Source: Eledone cirrhosa
Taxonomy: Eukaryota
Length of the DNA: 64,000 nucleotides
NCBI GenBank assembly: GCA_964016885.1
Contig: OZ024740.1
Location: forward strand, 269,824,001 to 269,888,000
Reading direction: 5' to 3'
Notes under the pieces: model-generated
Databases searched by the model: none
Told to the model about the DNA's origin: nothing
What the model saw: only the letters and a program-made list of their open reading frames with translations
In this document: positions 26,699 to 40,680 of the stretch, piece after piece
Layout: each line of letters starts with the position of its first letter
Position numbering within the stretch: position 1 is the first letter of the stretch
Position numbers and translations under genes: made by a program

Positions 26699-27394
26699 TA
26701 TATATATCCCAAATTAAGATAAATTAAATTAAATTAAGGGTGTCATGCCAGATAGACATGCGCCATATCACCCGTAAAATATGCTCCAAGATTCTAATGA
26801 ATAGATCCGAGCATTTTATATCAACTAGAAATTGATTGACATGTAGATAAACATATGAAACAATCACAGGGGATAATTTGTAAAAGTGTGTAAGCTCACA
26901 TAGCTATGTAGGTAACTAAGTAAAGTTTAACTAGAACTTCAAAAATAGATACCTTATAAATTGATTAATCTTCCATGTATATATTCCATTAAAGAAATAT
27001 ATTTCACCAATTAATCGATTGGTAAACGACAGTAGCCGGATCCTGTTGAAAATCCGGGATCTGGCTACTGTCGTTTACCAATCGATTAATTGGTGAAATA
27101 TATTTCTTTAATGGAATATATACAAGGAAGATTAATCATATTATAAGGTATCTATTTTTGAAGTTCTAGTTAAACTTTATTTAGTTACCTACCTAGCTAT
27201 GTGTGCTTACACACTTTTACAAATTACCCCCTGTTTCATGTTTATTTACATGTCAATCAATTTCTAGTTGATATAAAATGCTCGGATATATTCATTAGAA
27301 TCTTGGAGCATATTTTACGGGTGATATGGCGCATGTCTATCTGGCATGACACCCTTAATTTAATTTAATTTATCTTAATTTTGGATATATATAT
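26699..27394. mobile_element. Fold-back palindrome H3 (~345 bp arms, ~9 nt spacer) bounded by short (TA)n
   Basis: 26699-27045 is the reverse complement of 27055-27394 with few substitutions and one small indel. Confidence 0.9.
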
Positions 27395-27788
27395 ATTTAT
27401 ATCTGTATTTTTTGACAAATAAATTAACTATGGAGATATAAAACATACAGAAGCGAAAACCAACCAAACAGTGAGTGTGTTCTATTATTTCTGGCAATGT
27501 TACAACAATATAACCCTCCCCAAGTATAAATATATATATATATGTGTGTGTGTGTGTATGTGTGTGTGTGTGTATGTGTGTGTGTGTGCGTGTGTGTGTC
27601 TTTGTGGGCGTGGGTGTCTGTGTGTGTGTGTGTATGTCTGCGAGTGTGTGCGTGCCCGGTGTTGCGATTGACAGATTGTATTAGCAATTGGAAAGATCAA
27701 TGGAAACCTTGTTTCCTCGGTCTGATTTGACGAGCTCCATCCCACTCGTTAAGCGAATGATGTCTGGAATTTTTTCGATTGACTATCG

Positions 27789-27897
<109 letters not shown>

Positions 27898-28055
27898 GAA
27901 AATTTTCGCTCTATGGCTGAATACAATAAATGTAATCTGAATTTTTCGAATAATAACATTCAATTCGTTTGCAATTACGCAAACAAACCTCAAATGTATA
28001 GCCATGTCAGTAGAATGAACCCTTCATTATTGCTCTTGTGTTGGCATGCGAATAG

Positions 28056-28103
28056 AACTGCAGACACTAATGTTTCTGGGTATCACCCTTCATCAGTACA
28101 GCT
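28056..28103 (-). ncRNA. Type I hammerhead ribozyme (left arm of H4)
   Basis: Exact reverse complement of 28391-28438. Confidence 0.8.
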
Positions 28104-28390
28104 CATTGTTCACCTGCCAAACTGTCAGAGCTAGTGAAAATATGTTATTTTCAAAAATACACAGTGACTGATCGGCCTGATTTGCATGTTAGCAGACTGG
28201 CTGATCAGTTAGATCTGTATATTAGCAGATCCACTGATATGCAAATCTGGCTGATCAGTGGATCTGCTAATATGCAGATCTGACTAATCAGCCAGTCTGC
28301 TAACATGCAAATCAGGCCGATCAGTCACTGTGTATTTTTGAAAATAGCATATATTTTCACTAGCTCTGACAGTTTGGCAGGTGAACAGTG

Positions 28391-28438
28391 AGCTGTACTG
28401 ATGAAGGGTGATACCCAGAAACATTAGTGTCTGCAGTT
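28391..28438 (+). ncRNA. Type I hammerhead ribozyme, intact core (right arm of H4)
   Basis: AGCTGTA-CTGATGA-A GGGT GAT ACCC A-GAAA-CATTAGTG-TC|TGCAGTT; 7-bp stem I, GUC triplet, predicted cut after 28431. Confidence 0.8.
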
Positions 28439-28557
28439 CTATTCGCATGCCAACACAAGAGCAATAATGAAGGGTTCATTCTACTGATATGGTTATAAAA
28501 TTGAGGCTTGTTTGCGCAATTGCAAACGAATCGAATGTTATTATTGATATTCGAAAA

Positions 28558-28746
28558 GGGCGGTGGATTGCAGTATCGGTAGGGTGTCGGACGCCATGCC
28601 TTCCAGCATAGTTACGTCCCTTTACGGTATGAGTTCAAATCCTGCCGAGGTTTACTTTGCCTTTAATCCTTACGGGGTCGATAAAATAAAGTACCAGAAA
28701 TGCACTGGATAATTGCTGGCCTTGTGCCTAAAGTAGAAACAATTAT
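28558..28746 (+). mobile_element. Full-length S1 SINE
   Basis: TSD ATTATT(G/A)ATATTCGAAAA. Confidence 0.9.
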
Positions 28747-28790
28747 TAATATTCGAAAAACTCAGATTACATTTATTATATATATATATG

Positions 28791-28865
<75 letters not shown>

Positions 28866-28954
28866 CGACAGGTCCTACAGATTGTCAATGGACAGCCTGC
28901 TGAACTACAACCGGGTAATGCAACCTCACGAGAGATACAACAACGCGTGCACAT

Positions 28955-29009
<55 letters not shown>

Positions 29010-29039
29010 TGGCCTCAACGGTTACAACATAATATTATG

Positions 29040-29520
29040 GTCCAGCATACTAACACCAAATTTGTACAGAGGGGCGGCAGAGAAACACAACAAATACATT
29101 AGGAGAGATAGCCCGTAGTATAAACGTGGGATTGAGGGAATACTGGTGGGAGCTGAAAGATGAGTAAAGATCATCAATACTATCCCATCATGGAAAACTA
29201 GAAGATGGAGATCAAGGTAAGAATCCTATCTACACATAAATTAACACAACATAAATTAAGGAAGCCACACTTATAATAAAGAGTAGACCGAGCCTCAACA
29301 GATAATACGAATGAAATAGCTACATCCCCAATCCACAATACATCTACGTAAGAGAGAATAGGAGAAATAAGAAAGCGAAAAACATATGAAGCCACAAATA
29401 CACGTATATATAATATAAAGGAAAGCGTCTCCCCATGCCCGGTTGTAGTCAGAAACAACACAATTTAGGGATTTCTAACAGAAAAGATGAAAGAATATTG
29501 AAGATAAAGTAATGTTGCTT
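29040..29520 (+). pseudogene. Decayed PLE GIY-YIG endonuclease and 3' region
   Basis: CTEG..LGEIARSI..LREYW...IKEATLIIKSRPSLNR aligns with ORF 60951-61358. Confidence 0.65.
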
Positions 29521-29612
29521 TCAAGAATCTAGGAGGAAAAGAGGAAAAACGGATCCTTAAATATATTTTCCATGCTATTTCCAATTCCACCTTTTCTCTT
29601 TATATATACGTG

Positions 29613-29649
<37 letters not shown>

Positions 29650-30536
29650 TTGTGTGTGTGTGGGTGGGTGGGGGGTGGGGGTGCGCGTGCGTTTGTTTGT
29701 CCTGAATATATATATATATATATATTCACTACATTACCGGAGTAATGGTATATTTCTTTTGCTGTAAGCGATAAATTTTAAATTGAATTGAACATATCTT
29801 TTTATGCATATTGAAAGATCCGGCCATTTTGATTTCCAGATATCTTTTCCCATTCTGTATAAAATGAGAATGTGCGTGGGTGAGAGCACGAAACTAGAGA
29901 AATAGAAAGAGGATGGAGAGAGTATCAAAGAATAGGGGAACATTAAAACAGAGTGGGGGGGGGGAGAAAGAAAAAAGAGAAAGCAATGATAAGAAAAAGA
30001 AAATATGAGGCAGAGGGTAGATAGAGATGGTAGGATATTTAAAGAAAGGAATGAGATAGAGGACTTAACGTACGAGTGAAAGTCTTAGAGTAAAGGAAAT
30101 AAATGGATATAAAATGCGACATACGTCAAAAGGGAGAGAAAGAGATAAAGAAAAAATGTATTGAAATATGAAAAAAAAAAAATCAAAGGGAACAATTTGT
30201 TATATATAGAGAGGAGAGATAGCGTACTTTGATCACAACGCTACGTATCTGTGTATATTTGTGTTGCTACTTACTCATTAAATGAAAAATGAAAATATAT
30301 ATATGACCGAAGAAATTTATCGATGATGCTATTGTTGTTGTTGTTGTGGTAAATAAGCCGGTGTTGTAAATTGACGTGTTTGTGTGGCATTGGGTGCTGG
30401 TATTGTGAGGGTGTGGTAGAAGTAGTGTGGTAGTGGTAGTGACGGTGGTGGTGGTGGTGGTGGCGGTGGTGATCGTGAGGGATTCGTTATGAATTGGTGT
30501 TGTAGTGAGAGGTGATGTGTTATGACTTAATATTAT

Positions 30537-30727
30537 TGTGGATTGGCAGTATCGGCAGAGGTTCGGATGCCATGCTCTCCATCATAGAGTTACGGCCACT
30601 AACGGTCTGATTTCAAATCCCGCCGAGGTTAACTTTGCCTTTCATCCTTACGGGGTCGATAGAATAAAGTACCAGTAATGCACTGGTTTAATTGCTAGCC
30701 TTGTGCCAAAAAGTAGAAACAATTATT
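30537..30727 (+). mobile_element. S1 SINE
   Basis: Matches consensus. Confidence 0.85.
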
Positions 30728-30935
30728 TGCTTGCTCCTGTAAGGCGTAGAAACATGGCACTTCACAAAGACCCTGGCAAAGAGGATTAACGACTTCGATA
30801 GCAAAGGACTGAGGACCATCGAGAGCAGCAGATGGCACCTTCAGGTTTCTAGCAAAGAGTTGTGTGCGCGTAGCCACCCACTTCATAGTCAACCACCGCG
30901 TGCGCTGGTAAAAACATGTCCTCCGGCATTGCACG
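30728..30935 (+). pseudogene. Short RTE LINE coding remnant
   Basis: LL*GVETWHFTKTLAKRINDFDSKGLRTI resembles the RTE LLYGxETW motif. Confidence 0.55.
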
Positions 30936-31047
30936 ATAGAATTAAGTAATAATTATTAATAATGGTATATCATGCAATGGCCATGCTCGATAACGAAGGG
31001 GAAGCCATCATGTATGTATGTACGTACGTATGTATGTATGTATGTCA

Positions 31048-31652
31048 GGTCACCAGTTGGTGCTACTGGTAACATGTATTCCAGTACAACCTGTCCCATG
31101 GTCGGGTCGTTGGCGACTAAACTGGCAACCCCACCAAGGTTTCTTGGTGAGGAGGGCGACTTTGGACATCCTGCAGGACTAAAAACAAAACCTGTCAAAG
31201 GGCAAAGGAGCTCTTAAGAGTCAATGGCCATCCAAAATCACCGGGAGAGATGACACCTTAGCCTTTGTCAAGGCAGAATTCTAGGAGAAGGAAAACTCTG
31301 ATATAACACCTGCAACCCTGATGGTATCCAATGATGTTGACTTGTTCTTCTTTTTGGTAAATATCATCTTGGTTAAGAGAGTGGGACTGGCTTTGTGCAA
31401 TGCCTTTGCTCACTATAAAAGCTTCACGGCACAGGCATTGCTTTATATCTGGAGATCTCTCTGCACTTGTCGTCACATGGTACCAAGGGCCCAGCACTAT
31501 GTGTCAATAATTGTCACAGGTGTAGTGTTTGTACCAGAGTTTTCAAGTCGCTGGCTGGACTAAAAAGTCACACTCGTTCAGCGCATTGGTAGGGGTTCTC
31601 CTACATGGATATGAAGTAGTGGCCGTACTCGGAAACGAGTTGGCAGCCACCA
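31048..31652 (+). mobile_element. Probable RTE-derived non-autonomous element (copy 2, longer 5' end)
   Basis: Near-identical to 22036-22584; flanked by (TATG)n. Confidence 0.6.
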
Positions 31653-31670
31653 TATATGTATGTATACATT

Positions 31671-31714
<44 letters not shown>

Positions 31715-31920
31715 CATGAGACTAGGTAATAGAAAGACCAATTTTACGAACAAAATCAGTAAGCTGTTTATGTTTTGAAAAGAAACTATACTAACGCTCG
31801 CCTAATTTAAGTATAATTCTTAATGTTTAATTAGAACTGATTAAATCGAATATTTAATCATGTCAATAATATACTTGGTTTTATATTTATTTTCACCTAA
31901 TATTATTGAGTTAATTTAGT

Positions 31921-32185
31921 GAAGGCGCGTGGCCTAGTGGTAAGTTTGTTGGACTTGCGATCATAAAGCCGCGAGTTCGATTCCTGGACTACGTTGTGTT
32001 CTTGAGCCAAATATTTCATTTCCAGTTGCTCCAGTATACCCAGCTGAAAATGAGTGCCAACAATAGCCAAGGATTTAATCCTGCGATGGAACGGCGTCCT
32101 GTCCAGTGGGGAAGTTTTGTACTCTCAGACGCTTCAAGCCATGAAACCGGGATAAACACCGGCTTAAGACAGAGCCTTGCTTAAC
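31921..32185 (+). mobile_element. Older tRNA-derived CORE-type SINE (family S2)
   Basis: A box TGGCCTAGTGG, B box GAGTTCGATTCC, CORE-like TTGTGTTCTTGAGC..; related copy at 57790-58110. Confidence 0.7.
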
Positions 32186-33101
32186 TTATTTAGATTAATA
32201 TTGTGTCGTTTTCTTTCTGGAATTTCACGTTCTGCGTGCAAATCCTACTGAGGCAAAATTTGCTTTTCATTTTTTCTTGTTCGACAAAATATGGTTCTAC
32301 TGGGTTCAATGTAATGGCCATCTGCTCCGCCCCCCCCCCCCCAAATCGAAAGCAGTATGTCTGAATGCTTTAAGAGTCTCATCACTATAATCAATTCCCG
32401 GATTTGATCTCACTGTATGTTACCTTGTGTTCGTATAATTTACCATAGTCTCGTGTAGAACCATGACTTGTGAATGAAAATAATTAAACGAAAACAGTTT
32501 TGAATCTCGTAGGATGAATTGTACTTATAATTCAGATGACCCGTTTTATCACACACTGTGTGACGGAGTTGCTCGGCCATTTACACGTTAACATCATGGG
32601 CAGGCTGTTCCGTTCATTGAAAAACTCGAACACTCAACGTCGAAACCAACGTATGGTTATTCTCTTCCATCGGCGCCCAAAATTGCTGGCATAGTCCCTA
32701 AATTTATATCAATTACAGAACATCCTTGAATTTGTATTGTTTTTAACTTCCCTCATAATCCTTTGGGGCGTGTAAGAATCGTTCAGACGTTCAAAATCGG
32801 AGTAAGCATCATTACGGCGTGTAAAATGGTTTGTTGTTAGTTTTACTATTACTTTATATTTAAAGCTTGAAGTATTCCTGTGAATTTCATTAGTATTTGC
32901 ACAACATTCAATCCTATACATGAAGAAACAAAATTACAAAGCACCCTAAATAGAAAATCATGATAATATAAACTACATATTTTCCATTCGAAACTTGGGG
33001 TGCACTATTAATTTAAATAGTGAATGAAATATATTATATCCTTTGGAGTAAAATTCCGATTAATAAATACAAAAACAAACACACACACATTTATATATAT
33101 A

Positions 33102-33790
33102 CTGGCATTAAAGCCCGGCGTTGCTCGGTGTCACTAAGTTACCACAGTTAGGTTGCACCGCCCATTTTATGGCAGCACTTTTTTGTCTGCCAGGCACTGG
33201 TTAAATGAATTGCAAACCTGCACTGCCGGAGCAGGAGCTGCGCCAGCAGTGACAATTGTAATTTCGCCTATTGATATTATCTCTGTGCAAAGAAGTGTTC
33301 AAATTTATTGTTTCACAGTACTTGCGCAACACGCGCGTAGACGATGCCAGCCGAACAACAGAACTGCAATGGAGTTGTTCTGCATGACATGTTTTAACGG
33401 GGGAGGGGGTGGATTGAGGGAACCGCAAACAGGAGCCTAAAAACATTGTCGAATTATGACAACCAAAAAAGAGGAAGAGGGGTCATTGTATGGTTGGTGA
33501 ATCATGTACGTCGGACGTAGAGGATGAGCCTGCTGCTGTGCCGACGGAGGGAGGGAAATAGAGGTGAGCGGAGGCCATGTGTTGCTGAGGTGTGAAGTAA
33601 TTGCAGGGAACCGCCTAAAAATCTAAATCCCGTCATTAAAGCATTGTTCACCCTTTGAGAGTCGTACGGAGGTGAAATACTAACCTGTCCACGTAAGGGA
33701 AAAAGAAGAAGAAAAAACGGGAAAGGTAGTGAGGAGAGAGGAAGAAAGAGACCAAATGGTGGTGGTGGTGGGGGGGGGGGGGATATATGT
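33102..33790 (-). mobile_element. Probable Helitron 3' portion
   Basis: ACTGG (degenerate ACTAG) followed by hairpin CCCGGCGTTGCTCGG as at 5103 and 13199; 5' end not identified. Confidence 0.5.
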
Positions 33791-33984
33791 ATATATAATT
33801 GTATTAATATATATATAAATATATACACATATATTAATAATATGGGTAATATCATCCAATTACAAGCATGAGGGTAGCTCGATGTAAAATAAATATAATA
33901 CAGAGCCGGAATACTTTATAGATAACAATCAAATTTTAATAAAATTTAATGTTATTAAACACTCTTTGTTTTTTATTTATAAAG

Positions 33985-34050
<66 letters not shown>

Positions 34051-34134
34051 CCCCACCCACTCTCTAAAGCGGGAACCTAATAAATTACCATTTGTACTGC
34101 CTCACTGTTTTTTTGTTCTTGTCTAATATTTAAC

Positions 34135-34170
<36 letters not shown>

Positions 34171-35009
34171 AATAGACATATATATATGAATATCTAGAGT
34201 GTATGCTTAAGCAAGATAACAGTTTACCATTTTTGTTTGATATATTTATTATTTTGTGATGTATCACCAAAGTTTATAGTAGATATTATCATTTGGATTA
34301 TAAAAGTTGGAGTGTCTGTTAAATTATGACTCACTATGTTATGATGACATCATAAAACCCATGTAAATATACCTACAATATTATATTTACTTCATAGTTA
34401 TTGTGATTTTACTATAATAATGATATTGACAAATATATCAACGACATGGTAATTTATTTCGATTGAATATCTATCATCATTCATTTCCTCTCGGCCATCA
34501 ACATTTTTGTTGCTTTTATAGGAAGATTCTTTACACCCGTTCATTATAATGGTTCTCTCTATCTCAACATTTAACTTCACCAAACATATTATTTTACAAG
34601 AATACTGGTATCCTTATCATGTTTTCATTTCCTTCTATTAAAAATGGAGATAGCAGTATACGTGTATTCTAAATGAATTGTTGAATCTGCCGGTATGCAA
34701 ATATTTTGATTTCAATATATAATTATCAATTTAATCACTTGCCAAGTATGTGTAATTGAAGTATTATGCATATGTATGTGAAAATCAACAAAGGAAAATA
34801 ACATCGTTCAATGGTCATATATGTTAGTTTAACGTTTGATAACGTAGGAAACGTCTCTTAATAATTCGGATGTTGTTCTTTATCAGAAAGTAGAATGAAA
34901 AATAGTAAAAATAGAAGGATAGACGAGTGTGAGAAAAGGAAGAAACGAAAAAATAAACAATTTTAGAGTAGGAAAGTACGTGTGTGTTATGTCAGACATT
35001 TGGGGGAAA

Positions 35010-35990
<981 letters not shown>

Positions 35991-36108
35991 TACATTACTC
36001 CGGAGTAACCAAACCAACCTGCGCACTTCGTCGAGTGCTCCAGCCTGCATACTGAGGTGTTGGTATACAACCAACATATACTCAAAATCTCTCCCTCTCT
36101 CTCTCTCT

Positions 36109-36154
<46 letters not shown>

Positions 36155-36169
36155 AATAATAATAAATGT

Positions 36170-36450
36170 GAAGACTAAAATCCAAAGAGGGCTCGATAAG
36201 GATATATATATATCAAATATATAAGAACCCTAGAGCAAATATTTATTAAAATAACTGATTTCACCTTTAACAGGATCTTCTGAAACTAAAAAAATCAATC
36301 TGTGAACGAAGAAGTAAATATTTCGAAAAACGTTGCAACCGAAGGAAAACAGGAAGACGATACTTTGGTTCGTGAAGACATTCCCTGGCAATGAACGGAA
36401 AAAAGCGAAGATAATACGGCGTTATGTGGAACGGAGAGAACAATTACACG
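36170..36450. mobile_element. Rearranged fragment of Helitron type C
   Basis: 36190-36240 is inverted relative to 13227-13280; 36245-36390 is direct relative to 13545-13672. Confidence 0.65.
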
Positions 36451-37116
36451 CTAAGATAAAACCACGTTTATGGTATAAATGGAGTCGTAGACTAATATTC
36501 TATTAGGAAACCGAATGATTCTCGGCTTCAGAGTTAAGAATAATGTAAATAAATTAGTAGAACGAAAATGACAGATGTTATTAAAATCATAAAAGTAATA
36601 ATAATAAATATATACACACACGCATCTATATACGTATATACATGTGCATACACAAAAACACCCGTCATGCATGCATATATACATGCACGTGCACATAAAC
36701 ACGCGCAACACATGTACCCGCACACATACGAACGTATACACTAAATACACATTAAAAAATATATATATTCAGTTTATATTTTTCAAAATTTTTATATTGG
36801 TTGTAACACACACGCATTCTTTATTTGTTTGGCATCCCCCACCAAGTGAAATGGTGGCAGGATAGATGCCAGCCTACACACATAAATCCTTCAGACCATA
36901 ACAGCAGCATACTAAAGTTGACCTGCTAACTGACCTCTTAACACTACCACTACCAACACAATGGAGGATGTCAGCTGTACTTAAACATTCTGACAAAAAC
37001 AATAACAGCTGATGATCTGCCTCAGAGGAATATCTTTTGACTGAGGAGTGGTCTCACAACTGACCAATGGGATACGAGCGTGCCCTATGACGCTGAAATT
37101 CGTTTGTTCTAGCTCA

Positions 37117-37345
37117 TATGATTCCAGTCTCTCGGAAGAATAACAACACACCCAGGAGCTGGACATATTGATGTATCGACAGACGGAAACACACTTCAAC
37201 AACATGTGTACCAGTCTTTTCCACACCAATTCGGACTGCCTGAAGAGGTCACAGCCAATAATGATTGTCACCGAAATATATATAGCAGTAAATCTATAGT
37301 TTATAATAAACGAAGCCAAATATTATATATTAGACTTAGTTATTT
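37117..37345 (+). mobile_element. Single-arm (non-palindromic) diverged copy of the H5 sequence, probable PLE pLTR
   Basis: Aligns to the H5 right arm from ATATGATTCCAGT to AATAAACGAAGC. Confidence 0.75.
37235..37289 (+). ncRNA. Minimal type I hammerhead ribozyme, intact core
   Basis: ACTGC-CTGAAGA-GGTCACAGCCAATAATGATTGTCACC-GAAA-TATATA-TA|GCAGT. Confidence 0.8.
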
Positions 37346-37723
37346 TATATATATATATATATGTGTGTGTTTATTTATATAATTATATAAACGTATATAA
37401 ATATACACACATAAATACGTATATATCGCACGCACACACATACCTACAGGTAAATACACATATGTTCACCAAACGTACGTCAACCAAATCACAATGTACA
37501 CATATACACACCTTACATACATGCAAACACGCATACACGCATACACGCATACACACACAAACACAAAATACACATATACACATACCAGTATATATAATAT
37601 AATATATACACCTATAACACCTATAACGTACGAGAAAGTATACGTACCTTCACAAAACATACGGGTAAGGTATACTTACCATACAAATAAGTAATGGCAT
37701 AAACAATATATATATATATATAT

Positions 37724-37914
37724 ATAACGAAGGAAATGTGGTAAGGAACCAGGTGGACCATAACGCACCAAAGTACTCAATACTTAGGGTAGTAGAGTGG
37801 GTAATAGGAACAAGTAAGACCCCGACGGCTGAGTTCAAGCCGTTTCGACGGCTAATTCAGAATTAGCCGTCGAAACGGCTTGAGCTCAGCCGTCGGGGTC
37901 TTACTTGTTCCTAT
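37724..37914 (-). mobile_element. Fold-back family H1, short form
   Basis: 55-bp arms centred on 37859 plus shared tail; (TA)n on both sides. Confidence 0.85.
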
Positions 37915-37931
37915 ATATATATATATATATA

Positions 37932-38001
<70 letters not shown>

Positions 38002-38086
38002 CATATATATATATATAAATATAGTTTTTTCCCAAAATGTCCGACTTAAGCTCGTGTGTGTTTAGTCAGAAATCTTTGGAAAAAAC

Positions 38087-38124
<38 letters not shown>

Positions 38125-38191
38125 TATGTGTTTGTGTGTGTGTGTGCGTATGTGTGTGTGTATGTGTATGTGTGTGTGTGTGCGCGCGTGT

Positions 38192-38235
<44 letters not shown>

Positions 38236-38571
38236 CATAGGAAAAATGTAAACCTCAAAAATTGTAATTATGCTTTATATAATTACGGATAAAAAGCATT
38301 ACTGATGTGATATTGTCACGGACGCAAGCACTAGCATGAAGTGAGCGGAATGAGTTTATAAACTAGTCTACGTTTATTTAACAGTAGTATTATGTAATAT
38401 ATATTCTTTATATAAAACCCAAAATGAGGAGAAATTAATGCGCATACCGTCATAAAATATAGTGATTAAAACTTTAATAGATATGAAGAAATGTTGGATT
38501 TATAGAGCGCTAATATTTATGTAACCAACCTTGTGCGTGCGTACGTATGTGCGTGTGTGTGTGTGTGCGTA

Positions 38572-38639
<68 letters not shown>

Positions 38640-38645
38640 GGTGTG

Positions 38646-38680
<35 letters not shown>

Positions 38681-40489
38681 GCAAGTGTGGGTGAGGTCAC
38701 TGTAAAGTAAGTTTTGAGTAGGTTGAAATATAGTTAATGTAAGTTTCAGTGAATTCGTTTTGAGCTTATCTGTATTGCTAACAACATTGGTATTGGAACA
38801 AGAATCTCTATTGGTGAATTATACTGCTCTGTTTCATCATTAAATGATTTTTTCTCCAGGCTTTTACTTAAAATACTTCCATCCATATTCTAAAGACGTC
38901 TTCAAATTACAGAAAATACTTGTTCGGCTATTTTTGCTTGATAATTTACATTTTCACGCTTCCGGAAAATTATTAAACAAGAATATTTATTATCGACTTA
39001 ACTAACATGATTTATATGCCTACGTTTATATTTATGTCTTATATTCTATACCACCCCACTCTCTCCACTTTTTCCCAATATTACTCCCCAATATATTTCC
39101 CAATATATCTCCCCAATATTTCCATCTTTTTGGCTTGTATTTTCTTTCTATCGCTATTTTCTTCACTTGTATGTTCATACATTCTATTATACTAAATTCC
39201 CTCAACTTGAAACGGAAGCACATATTCCATTAGATGCGAATTAATTATCTTTCAACCACTAACCCACCCAATAATCAACGTAGCTGTCTGAGAGCATTTT
39301 TAAATTTCTTGCTGGATTACAACGAGTGTGTGTTCTATCACCAACATTGCTTAAAAGTACTCCGAAATTTATTACGAGGGGGGAAATTTTATAACTTCTC
39401 ATCTTCTAATGCTCTCGAAAATGACATCTTTTGCAATTTCTGATTATCTATGATATACAAATCACTAAAGCAATTTTCCCAGTATTCACGTACGGATTAG
39501 ATATAGTTTCAAAAGATCTGAAATTAAGATCCTCACAGAACGGTATTCAATAGTCCGTCAAACAGGATATTTTTACGACATTCGGCAGAGAATAGGAAAT
39601 AGTAAACATAAGAAAATCGAAACATTTATGTTAAGCAATGCCAACAAATTCATTACACTAATCTTAATATGCTTGAAACTGATTAATTATTTGATGCCCT
39701 ATCTTACAGGCATTTTCATAACTCCATTTTCCGTGTTTGCTAAAACCTTGGGATCCTTGATACAACTCAGTACGATATTCTATGCATTCTTAGCATCCTT
39801 TGCTATAGGGATCAGGACAACACAAGCCCCGTGACTTTTGTCTATATTTAACACAGAGATTATAAGCCATTCAGAGCCACATAAAATAAAGATTACAAAA
39901 TTCAACAGCAACGAATGATACGAAATAAGTTTGGACGTGACATGAAAACATTAGAGTTAGTCGTTACTATATTTTATATTTCACTTTTCAGATTGCCATC
40001 TCTAAATGCTTCGAACCAGAAACCTAACTTATTTACTCTTTCTCTCAATTGTTTTCTGTAGATGCATTACGTGAGTTGATCTACCTAAGAAAGATGTTGG
40101 CATTCTTAACTGTATTGATATCTAGGGGGTCATCAGCTCGTGTCATTTGGAGATCTGGAGACAACTAATTTCAATTGTTAGTTATTTCAAACTGATCTGA
40201 ATGGTATCTTTGAGTTGTAAAATGCAGTCATTGTGGACAGTCTATTCAGTAATTTTTCGACAATATTATTGCGGTTATTCAAAGCTGATTGATATATTGT
40301 AGATAAAAAATGTCATGATACTATTCCATTATTGTTTAGACTGGTATTCATGATTCAATTTAATGGTTAATTCAGTACTGAGTCCAAAAGGTTTGTAATT
40401 TGCATTCAATAATAAACTTTGATTTGCGAAACATCATATGTTTATTAGTTATAAATGGGATAATTTCCAATAATACTAGATTTTAAATA

Positions 40490-40680
40490 TAATTGTTTCT
40501 ACTTTTGGCACAAGGCCAGCAATTACCCAGTGCATTGCTGGTACTTTATTTTATCGACCCCGTAAGGATGAAAGGCAAAGTTAGCCTCGGCGGGATTTGA
40601 ACTCAGAATGGCAAGGGCCGTAACTCTATACGTCAAAGCATGGCGTCCGACCCTCTACCGATACTGCCAATCCACCGCCC
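40490..40680 (-). mobile_element. Full-length S1 SINE
   Basis: TSD TAGATTTTAAATATAAT. Confidence 0.9.

Noticed and set aside
37805-37914. H1 short hairpins as pre-miRNA genes or classical MITEs
   Set aside because: Multi-copy, asymmetric (one-sided tail), variable centre and derived from a hammerhead half; better explained as fold-back retro-insertions, though small-RNA production is not excluded
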